From contig CAXXKJ010000001.1 in the NCBI GenBank assembly GCA_963675295.2, positions 64,001 through 128,000 on the forward strand: a stretch of 64,000 bases of DNA, in the 5' to 3' direction. The notes below the pieces were generated by a model, which worked only from the letters and a program-made list of their open reading frames with translations, was not told the DNA's origin and did no database searches. This DNA is from a bacterium. Lineage in GTDB: Bacteria > Electryoneota > Electryoneia > Electryoneales > Electryoneaceae. Below, in pieces: positions 56,967 to 64,000 of the stretch; within the stretch, counting starts at the first letter, position 1, and the number at the start of each line of letters is the position of its first letter. The translations under genes were made by a program, and so were the position numbers.

Positions 56967-57862
56967 AACCGACGGAACTGGTTGTGATCAGCGGCAAGGG
57001 CGGAACCGGCAAAACGTCGCTGGTGGCGGCGTTCGCCACGCTGGCTGCTGAATGTGTCCTGGCGGATTGTGATGTGGACGCGTCCAACCTGCACCTGATC
57101 CACCACTCGGAGCTGGTGCTGCGCGAACCGTTCTCCGGACGCGTGCGTGCATCGATTGATCCGGATCGCTGCACCGACTGTGGCATCTGCGAAACCCTGT
57201 GCCGCTTCGACGCGATCCAGCCATCGGGTGGAAACGGATTCACGCCGGTTTTCCACCCGACGATCAACCCGCATCTGTGCGAGGGGTGCGGCGTGTGCGC
57301 GTGGTTCTGCCCGGAAAAGGCGATTGACCTCTACGACGGCGAGGACGGGCACGTGCTGCTGTCCAAAACCCGTTGCGGGCCGATGGCGCACGCCCGGCTC
57401 GGCGTCGCCGGCGAAAATTCCGGTAAGCTGGTTGGCCTGGTCCGTGAACAGGCACGCGAGCTGGCCGTCATGCGCGAGCTGGACACCATCCTGATTGACG
57501 GGTCTCCCGGGATCGGCTGCCCGGTGATCGCGTCCCTGACCGGCGCGGACATGGCGCTGATCGTGACCGAGCCGAGCGTCAGCGGCGTGCACGACATGAA
57601 GCGCATCGCCGAACTGGCCGCGGGTTTCGGCATTCCGACGCTGGTCGCCGTCAACCGCTGGGATGTCAACCCGCAGTTGACTGATGAGATTGAATCGCTG
57701 GCGGTCAAACATGGCCTTGAGTTCGCGGGACGGGTTCGCTACGACACCGCGTTCAGCCGGGCGCAGCTCGAGGGCAAATCGGTGCTGGATATCGAAAGCA
57801 ACGACCTCGCGGATGATATCAAGCAGGTGTGGTCGGTCGTGGAGGCGCGGCTCCACAATTGA
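56963..57862 (+). CDS. MinD-like P-loop ATPase with inserted 2x[4Fe-4S] domain
   Basis: ISGKGGTGKT, DCDVDA, CTDCGIC...C, CEGCGVC...CP, ENSGKLV, DGSPGIGCP. Confidence 0.9.
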   Translation: MKPTELVVISGKGGTGKTSLVAAFATLAAECVLADCDVDASNLHLIHHSELVLREPFSGRVRASIDPDRCTDCGICETLCRFDAIQPSGGNGFTPVFHPTINPHLCEGCGVCAWFCPEKAIDLYDGEDGHVLLSKTRCGPMAHARLGVAGENSGKLVGLVREQARELAVMRELDTILIDGSPGIGCPVIASLTGADMALIVTEPSVSGVHDMKRIAELAAGFGIPTLVAVNRWDVNPQLTDEIESLAVKHGLEFAGRVRYDTAFSRAQLEGKSVLDIESNDLADDIKQVWSVVEARLHN

Positions 57863-57878
57863 CGGAGGAGCTTCAGCC

Positions 57879-58799
57879 ATGAAACATGTTTATGGGCCTG
57901 TGCCCTCTAGGCGGTTGGGCAGGTCACTGGGTATCGACCTGGTCCCATACAAAACATGCAGTTTCGACTGCATTTACTGCCAGTTGAAACGTACGACTCT
58001 GCTGACGACTGAGCGCCGCGAATGGTATCCGCTGGACGACGTAGTGGAGGACGTTAAAAGCAGCCTGTCGCAAGAGTTCGATTACATCACTCTGAGCGGG
58101 TCCGGCGATCCCACGCTCTACAGTCGGCTGGGAGAATTGATCGACCGGATTCATTCACTGACGGATCGTCCTGTCGCAGTGCTGACCAACGGATCGCTGC
58201 TCTGGCGGGAGGATGTGCGGCAGGAGCTGAAGGAGGCTGACCTGTTGATCCCTTCGCTGGACGCCGGGGATGAAGAAACCTTCCAGTTGGTCAACCGGCC
58301 CACTGATGAGTTGAACCTGGGCTTGATCGTCGAGGGTTTGATCCAGACCCGGGAACAGTTCCGCGGCGAGCTGTGGCTCGAGATCATGTTGGTGAATGAA
58401 TGGAACACGTCCGATGAGCAGGTCCAACGGATTGCCGACCAGATTCGTTGGATTCGACCGAACCACGTGCAGCTGAACACCGTGATCCGGCCTGCAACCG
58501 AAACGTATGCCGTGGCGGTCCCTCCCGGCCGTCTGGGGAAAATTGCGACTCACTTCTCAAACGCGGACGTGATCGCCGGGTTCTCCTCAGAAGAGCTGCA
58601 AGACGCAAAACTAATGTCCGGAACGGGTGAAGAATCGGTGATGGAAATGCTGATCCGGCGTCCGTGCACGTTGCAGGATTTGTCGGATGGACTGCAATGC
58701 CACCCCAACGAGGCAGTCAAAGCACTGGACCGCTTGCAGGAAATGGGAAAGATCCGCACACGTGATGTGGATGACAAGATGTATTACCTGGCGTGCTGA
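57879..58799 (+). CDS. Radical SAM protein (TYW1-related COG0731-like)
   Basis: [46 protein letters not shown] winged-helix-like tail; ATG 57879. Confidence 0.88.
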   Translation: MKHVYGPVPSRRLGRSLGIDLVPYKTCSFDCIYCQLKRTTLLTTERREWYPLDDVVEDVKSSLSQEFDYITLSGSGDPTLYSRLGELIDRIHSLTDRPVAVLTNGSLLWREDVRQELKEADLLIPSLDAGDEETFQLVNRPTDELNLGLIVEGLIQTREQFRGELWLEIMLVNEWNTSDEQVQRIADQIRWIRPNHVQLNTVIRPATETYAVAVPPGRLGKIATHFSNADVIAGFSSEELQDAKLMSGTGEESVMEMLIRRPCTLQDLSDGLQCHPNEAVKALDRLQEMGKIRTRDVDDKMYYLAC

Positions 58800-58910
58800 A
58801 CCATTAAACAGTGTTGGGTTCGCATAGCCCGGATCAAGTTGAACAAGAACGAACCTGAGGTCACCCCTGACCCTCTCCAATGACACCTTGATGCCCACTA
58901 TAAGACCAAA

Positions 58911-58949
58911 CCGCCCGTGGCATGGACCTTCCCAGTCTGCCACGGGCGG
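58911..58949. terminator. Stem-loop between convergent genes, likely bidirectional terminator
   Basis: CCGCCCGTGGCA / TGCCACGGGCGG 12-bp stem. Confidence 0.65.
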
Positions 58950-58978
58950 AATGATTTTGTCAGAATGGTTGGTTCGAA

Positions 58979-59329
58979 TCAGTCGAGGCCTTCCTTCTCA
59001 AACTGCTTCACAGCCTCATAGGCTTCGATGCCGTAAATCACGGACGGTCCGCCACCCATCAGAATCGCCACGCCGATCGTCTCAAGGATTTCCTCCCTGG
59101 ATGCGCCGGCCTTGAGCGAATCGTGCACATGGAACGAGATACACCCGTTACAGCGAACGGTGATGGCGATGCTGAGCGCGATCAACTCCTTGGTTTTCTT
59201 GTCAAGCGCGCCTTTGCCGCCAGCCGCCTGATGAAGCTGGCCGAAGCCTTCCATTACGCCGGGCAGATCCTGATGCAGCCGCTTCATCATCCCGACGGTG
59301 TGCTTGTAGGTCTCCGGATAGTTGTGCAT
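58979..59329 (-). CDS. Carboxymuconolactone decarboxylase / AhpD-family protein
   Basis: ALDKKTKELIAL...RCNGCISFH...GASREE...MGGGP. Confidence 0.9.
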   Translation of the reverse strand: MHNYPETYKHTVGMMKRLHQDLPGVMEGFGQLHQAAGGKGALDKKTKELIALSIAITVRCNGCISFHVHDSLKAGASREEILETIGVAILMGGGPSVIYGIEAYEAVKQFEKEGLD

Positions 59330-59397
59330 CGTCTCCTCCTTTTACCAGTCAGGTAGCCATGCAAGAGTTTCAGCGAAATTCGTCCTGTTGAATCCAT

Positions 59398-61377
59398 CTA
59401 CCTTGTGAACTCCTGCACATACACCATCTGTTCCGAGGAAAGCTTCGTTTCCTCTCGGAGGAGGGTCGGCGTCATCTCATGGCACGTGGTGCAGCGATCC
59501 AGCTCGGGACGGTTCTGCGACAATGCGTTTTTCGTGTGGCACGGGATGCACGTGTTGTGCATCGCGCTATGGTACGAGGTCGCCGCAAACTGCGCCAGCC
59601 TGCCGGCCGCTGGTTCCACCGCGTGCATGTCTTCACGATGGCATTCCATGCACGCCTTCGCGGATGCGACCGAGCGTGCCTGCCCACTGTGGCATTCGAC
59701 ACAGGACTGGTTTTCCGGTATCCAGCCGCCCAGTTGCTTGTCGTCCGCGACCCACGCCAGGTGCTGCTCGTGGTTGAAGATCACCGTTTCCGTCTCCATC
59801 GCACGGTGACACTCGGAACACGGCGTCGCACGGTCGGCGGGCATGGAAAGGTGATGGCAGTTGACGCACGATTCCTCGCCACCCAACCGCTGCTTGTGTG
59901 CGGCGTGGGCGAAGACGGCGTCCAGACCGTCACGGTTGGCGTCGATACGAAGCGTATCCCGCGCCACATCCACCGCCAGCGGCGGACGTGTGTCCGGCGG
60001 AGTGGAACTGTGGAACGGTGGGTACAGCGCGATCCACGCCAGCGGCAATACGAGCAACGCAATCAGCGAGGCACGTTCAAGGCCGGTCATCAGCCGGTGA
60101 TTCCAGGCCCAGGTCAGCCGGTCGAACGAGGAGCTGAATTTCAGCTCGGAATCGGCGAGGCGTTTCCAACGCTCGTCAAACACACTGAAGTTTTCGATGA
60201 TGAAGAAAAACGCCAGCCCGGCCATGGCGAGCACGCCGAACGTAATCACCCACTCAATCGCGGAGGGGAAGTAGGCTTCGCCGGCGTCACGGAAGTAGCC
60301 GAAAATGCCGACATCGACACGGTTCAGCGCCAATCCGAACGCCGCCAGCCCGGCGGTGACCGCCAGGGCGTATGGCGAGCGGCGCACCGGCTTGAACAGC
60401 ACGAGCAGCACCGGCAAAATCGCAGCCGCCAACAGTTCGACGACGTACAGCACGCTCTCCCACGTACCCGCCAGCAATGCCTGCCGTGCTTCCGGACGCA
60501 AGACGAGATCACCGATCTTCAGCAGCAGGTAAACACTCAGCACCCATGCGCCGGCCTTGACCAGCGCCCGCACCACGTGCAGGTCCGGTCCCTCCGGCGT
60601 GGCACCGTTTTCCGATTCTCCGCCGCAGGTCTTGCAGACGACGCCCTCACGAACCATCGTCCCGCCAAACACACGGCTCGGATCGTACCACCACGAGTGC
60701 AGCGTCTTGATCAATGCCAGCAGCATCAGCCCGCCACCAATCGCCGAGATGATGAACAGCAGGGAGATGATCGGGCTGTACCACAATGCGTGCAGCCGCT
60801 GCGGCGTCACCAGGAACAACGATCCCAGCGAGGTGTGGTGCAGGCTGGAGAGGGTGATGCCGATGATGACGAACACGCCCGCCGCCTTGCTCAGCACGCC
60901 GCGCAGTTTCGCCAGCCCCAGCCGCTCGAGCAGCGTCGGGCTGAGTTCGAGGAAGGTGATCACGAAGTAGCAGGAGACACACCAGAAGACCTCGAACAGG
61001 AACGAATGGATGTTCCAGTAGACAAACGGATGCCAGAAACGCCACGGCAGCCCGATGTCAAACAGCAACGCGAACAACGACGCGCCGTAGCCTAAAAACG
61101 CCACCAGGATCGCCGGTTTCACCATCCGGTCGAATGGTTTCAGGTGCAGTACATGGCCGAGGAAGCCGACGGTAAACCCGCAGGTCGCCAACGCCGCGCC
61201 GCCAATCATGTTGAAGATCTTCCACAGTCCCCACGGGACACGGTCATCGAGGTTTGTCGTCACGCCCAGCCCGAACACGAACCGCAGCAGCATCGCCACC
61301 AGTCCGGCAAATGTCAGCGCCCAGAGGATGTCCTTGATCCGTCGCGTCCGGTCGGTTGTCAGTTCCAGCTCACTCAT
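59398..61377 (-). CDS. NrfD/HmcC-type membrane protein fused to a C-terminal multiheme cytochrome c domain
   Basis: GLGVTTNL...PWGLW, DIGLPW, SFLFEV, SSLHHTSLG; six CxxCH motifs at C-terminus. Confidence 0.88.
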   Translation of the reverse strand: MSELELTTDRTRRIKDILWALTFAGLVAMLLRFVFGLGVTTNLDDRVPWGLWKIFNMIGGAALATCGFTVGFLGHVLHLKPFDRMVKPAILVAFLGYGASLFALLFDIGLPWRFWHPFVYWNIHSFLFEVFWCVSCYFVITFLELSPTLLERLGLAKLRGVLSKAAGVFVIIGITLSSLHHTSLGSLFLVTPQRLHALWYSPIISLLFIISAIGGGLMLLALIKTLHSWWYDPSRVFGGTMVREGVVCKTCGGESENGATPEGPDLHVVRALVKAGAWVLSVYLLLKIGDLVLRPEARQALLAGTWESVLYVVELLAAAILPVLLVLFKPVRRSPYALAVTAGLAAFGLALNRVDVGIFGYFRDAGEAYFPSAIEWVITFGVLAMAGLAFFFIIENFSVFDERWKRLADSELKFSSSFDRLTWAWNHRLMTGLERASLIALLVLPLAWIALYPPFHSSTPPDTRPPLAVDVARDTLRIDANRDGLDAVFAHAAHKQRLGGEESCVNCHHLSMPADRATPCSECHRAMETETVIFNHEQHLAWVADDKQLGGWIPENQSCVECHSGQARSVASAKACMECHREDMHAVEPAAGRLAQFAATSYHSAMHNTCIPCHTKNALSQNRPELDRCTTCHEMTPTLLREETKLSSEQMVYVQEFTR

Positions 61378-62153
61378 TGTTCGCCACCCCCGTGCCCGTT
61401 GGTTGACGCGTCCGGTCCATGCATCTGCTGCATCCGCCGCCGCACGATCCAGTTCACTCCGGCCACGCTGGCGAGCACGCTACCGCCGACAATCGGCGTC
61501 GCGTGCATCACCGGTTCGACCAGGTGCGGAATCGACCCGGTATCCGGGGAGGGCCAGCCCAGTTCGGCGAGGTCGGTGTTCGCGATGTAGAGCACGCCCG
61601 TACCGCCGAATTCATGCTCGCCCCAGACGTGGTCGATGTACCCGTTCGGATTCTCACCGATCCGCTGGTGCGCGAGACGCAGCAACTTCTCTCGCTCGCC
61701 AAACTCGATCGCGTTCTGCGGGCAGGCCTCCGCGCAGGCCGGGATTTCGCCCTCCGCGAGACGTTCCTCGCACAACTCGCATTTCTTCATGAACGGCACC
61801 GTCGCCGACCACTCGTAGCGCGGTACGTGAAACGGGCACGCCAGCATGCAGTAACGGCAGCCGATGCACTTGTCAGGATCGTAGACCACCGCACCATTTT
61901 CGCTGCGGGTGATGCCGCCAACCAGGCACGCGCTGACGCAACTCGGCTCGAGGCAGTGCATGCACGCCTTCTTCGCGAACTGGTCCCAGCCAACCGGCTG
62001 CACCGTCGTCAACCGGTCCGCTGAAAGCCCGTCCGGGGTGGTCGCACGGTCACGGTCGGCGGCTGCCGGGTCGCAGCCGTTGGCCTTCACGCAGGCCGCG
62101 ACACATTTCTCGCAGCCGACGCATTTCGTCACATCAATCAGCATCCCGATCAT
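61374..62153 (-). CDS. HmcB/HybA-like multi-[4Fe-4S] protein
   Basis: CVGCEKCVAAC, CMHCLEPSCVSAC, CIGCRYCMLACP, KCELC, HVWGEHEFGGT, C-terminal TM. Confidence 0.88.
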   Translation of the reverse strand: MIGMLIDVTKCVGCEKCVAACVKANGCDPAAADRDRATTPDGLSADRLTTVQPVGWDQFAKKACMHCLEPSCVSACLVGGITRSENGAVVYDPDKCIGCRYCMLACPFHVPRYEWSATVPFMKKCELCEERLAEGEIPACAEACPQNAIEFGEREKLLRLAHQRIGENPNGYIDHVWGEHEFGGTGVLYIANTDLAELGWPSPDTGSIPHLVEPVMHATPIVGGSVLASVAGVNWIVRRRMQQMHGPDASTNGHGGGEQ

Positions 62154-62854
62154 ACCTTCGCCTCCTTGCCGAGCACCGTCTCCGCGACACGATCGCCCGC
62201 GCCCGGACGCAACTGCCAGTGAATCTCCGAGATGCGGTCAAAGAAGATCAGCACGATGTGGCTCAGCTTGGTGAACGGCACCAGGATCAACAACGCTTCC
62301 GCGCTGAGCAGGTGGATGAGGAACATCGTCTGCCACGGCAATGGATTAAACGCCGGATGCGCCGCGAGGAAGCCGCTGATGAACGGCAGCAGGATCAACA
62401 CCAGCAGGCTGACGTCCGAATTGCGGCTGATCGCACGCAGGCGTGGCACCGCGATCCGGCTGACCAACAGCACCAGCACCGCAAGGATCGTGATCACGGT
62501 GAGCACATCCGCAAATCCGTTCCCGATCGACCACAGGTTGATCCCGAGCCACTGTTCCCAGAGCACGATGTGGCCGGCGTAAAACAGCGGCACGAGGATC
62601 GCACCGATGTGGAACACGAATGATGCGTTGGAGAAAGTCACGTTGCCCGATGTCAGGTGACGGACCGGCAGCGCCCACTCCAGCGAGTCGTGCAGCATCT
62701 TGTTCCACGGCATGTATTTGAGCCGGCTGCGTTTGCGCCGGAACAACGTGTCCAGTTGCAGCACCAGGTGCCGCAGCAGCCCGAGTGCCATCACGCCCAG
62801 CGACAAGGCGAACAACGGCCCCATCGCGAAATCGATCCAGGCTTGCATTCCCAT
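62150..62854 (-). CDS. HmcE/NarI-like membrane cytochrome b
   Basis: F..GPLF; FHIG...GHI; IHLLS.E...PFTKLSH. Confidence 0.82.
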   Translation of the reverse strand: MGMQAWIDFAMGPLFALSLGVMALGLLRHLVLQLDTLFRRKRSRLKYMPWNKMLHDSLEWALPVRHLTSGNVTFSNASFVFHIGAILVPLFYAGHIVLWEQWLGINLWSIGNGFADVLTVITILAVLVLLVSRIAVPRLRAISRNSDVSLLVLILLPFISGFLAAHPAFNPLPWQTMFLIHLLSAEALLILVPFTKLSHIVLIFFDRISEIHWQLRPGAGDRVAETVLGKEAKV

Positions 62855-62861
62855 CCTCCAC

Positions 62862-64000
62862 TCACATGGCGTACAGTTCCGCCTCTTCCTTGCGTTCCTC
62901 CGCCGACTTGCCGCCGGGGATCTCGATCGCCTTCAGGATCAGGTCGTGCAGGCCCATCACCTCGCACGGGATCTCGTAAAACTCGACCAGTTCCTTGAGC
63001 TGCTTCTTGCAATTGGCGCAAGGGGCGATGCAGATCTGCGCGCCGGTCGCGACGATCTGGTCGGCCTTTGTCTTGCCGCCGACCTTCATCCGGAAGTCGT
63101 GGATCTCGTCAATCGACACCAGCCCGCCACCACCGCCACAGCAGTAATTGTTGCGGCCTCCCGGTGTCATCTCGACATAGTCCTTGACGAACGACTTGAG
63201 GATTTCGCGGGGCTGGTTCACAATCCAGCCGCCACGCGCCATGTTGCACGGGTCGTGGTAGGTCACTTTCTCGGTGATGATGTCCGGGTTCAGCTTGATC
63301 TTGCCCCGGCGCAAACAATCCAGCGTGTATTCGATGAAGCTGACTACCGGACGGGTCTGTGCACCGCCGAAGACTGGCACGAAATCATGCGCCGACCGCG
63401 AGGCGTGCCCGCATTCGCCGATCAGGATGTTCTTCCCGTTCAATCGGTCGACTTCACCGACGAGCTGCTTGATGATCCGTTCGAGATGCCAGTCGCTGTA
63501 GAACAGGCCGTAGTTGATGCCGTCGAAATTGCCGGTGCCGATGGTCCAGCGATCCCAGTCGCCGGCGGCGTGCAACACCGCGAGGTTGCCGAGCAACGTG
63601 TCCGGCTCCATCAGGTAGTCGCTGACCGCGCAGAAGAAGACGTAATCCCGGTTCTTCTTGTCCACCGGCACGTCCAGATCGATGCCGAACTGGTCGGAGA
63701 ATTCCTCTTGCAGGAATTCGAGCGTGTGCAGCATCGCCGTCGCCGGAACCTTGGACGTGTTGTGCGTTTCACCTTCCAATTGTTCCCGCACACTTACTTG
63801 CAGCGCCTTCGGTGCAATCCCCGTGAGGCTCAGGATATAGCGTCCGAGACGAGTGATCAGGCCGTGATCCATCCCCATTGGACATTCGAGTGTGCAACGG
63901 CGGCAGGCGGTGCAACGGTAGAACACCTCCGCCATCTCCGCGATGACCTCTTCCGTCAGCTCGAACCGGTTCGGCGTGAACCGTGCATTGAGCCATCCGC
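62862..64000 (-). CDS. HmcF/HdrD/DsrK-like Fe-S CCG-domain oxidoreductase (5' end off window)
   Basis: CTACRRCTLECP, ECGH, YHDPC, CCGGGGG, PCANCK; frame open to window edge. Confidence 0.88.
   Translation of the reverse strand, partial: GWLNARFTPNRFELTEEVIAEMAEVFYRCTACRRCTLECPMGMDHGLITRLGRYILSLTGIAPKALQVSVREQLEGETHNTSKVPATAMLHTLEFLQEEFSDQFGIDLDVPVDKKNRDYVFFCAVSDYLMEPDTLLGNLAVLHAAGDWDRWTIGTGNFDGINYGLFYSDWHLERIIKQLVGEVDRLNGKNILIGECGHASRSAHDFVPVFGGAQTRPVVSFIEYTLDCLRRGKIKLNPDIITEKVTYHDPCNMARGGWIVNQPREILKSFVKDYVEMTPGGRNNYCCGGGGGLVSIDEIHDFRMKVGGKTKADQIVATGAQICIAPCANCKKQLKELVEFYEIPCEVMGLHDLILKAIEIPGGKSAEERKEEAELYAM

Noticed and set aside
59479-61095. 538-aa plus-strand ORF
   Set aside because: Antisense shadow of the NrfD-cytochrome gene

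Overview
GC-rich bacterial chromosome window; T9SS-like C-terminal domains, PorV and a TonB receptor suggest an anaerobic FCB-superphylum lineage (inference only). Left to right: (1) [NiFe]-hydrogenase maturation operon hypABFCDE (minus; hypE truncated), divergent from nikR and an ECF nickel transporter nikMNQO; (2) an M32 carboxypeptidase flanked by heptamer+hairpin repeats, one carrying an IS1182-family element with a 32-bp target duplication; (3) a group-1a-like uptake hydrogenase operon (large subunit, protease, small subunit, HybA, HybB, TPR-thioredoxin) with a candidate NikR box, then a Rieske lipoprotein and an orphan PD-(D/E)xK-like gene; (4) a ~25-kb co-oriented beta-galactan utilisation locus with no recognisable SusD, behind a sigma70 promoter with a perfect LacI-type operator: PPIase lipoprotein, TonB receptor, 1171-aa acidic secreted protein, PorV-like barrel, multi-module CTD protein, two GH53, GH2, LacI, galM, Na+/sugar symporter, galT, galK; (5) a secreted propeller-like protein, OMPLA and an alpha/beta hydrolase; (6) a sigma54-controlled Orange-protein-like operon (NifB/NifX x3, DUF5320, CGGC, TrmO, two Fe-S ATPases, radical SAM); (7) the 3' part of an Hmc-like redox complex whose NrfD subunit is fused to a six-heme cytochrome c domain. 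Best candidate for an undescribed system: the SusD-free PPIase/TBDR/secreted-protein/PorV glycan-uptake module and the ~260-aa binding-like module shared by two of its proteins. Several families of REP-like palindromes occur. No CRISPR array, tRNA or rRNA was seen. All calls come from motif reading, with no database searches.
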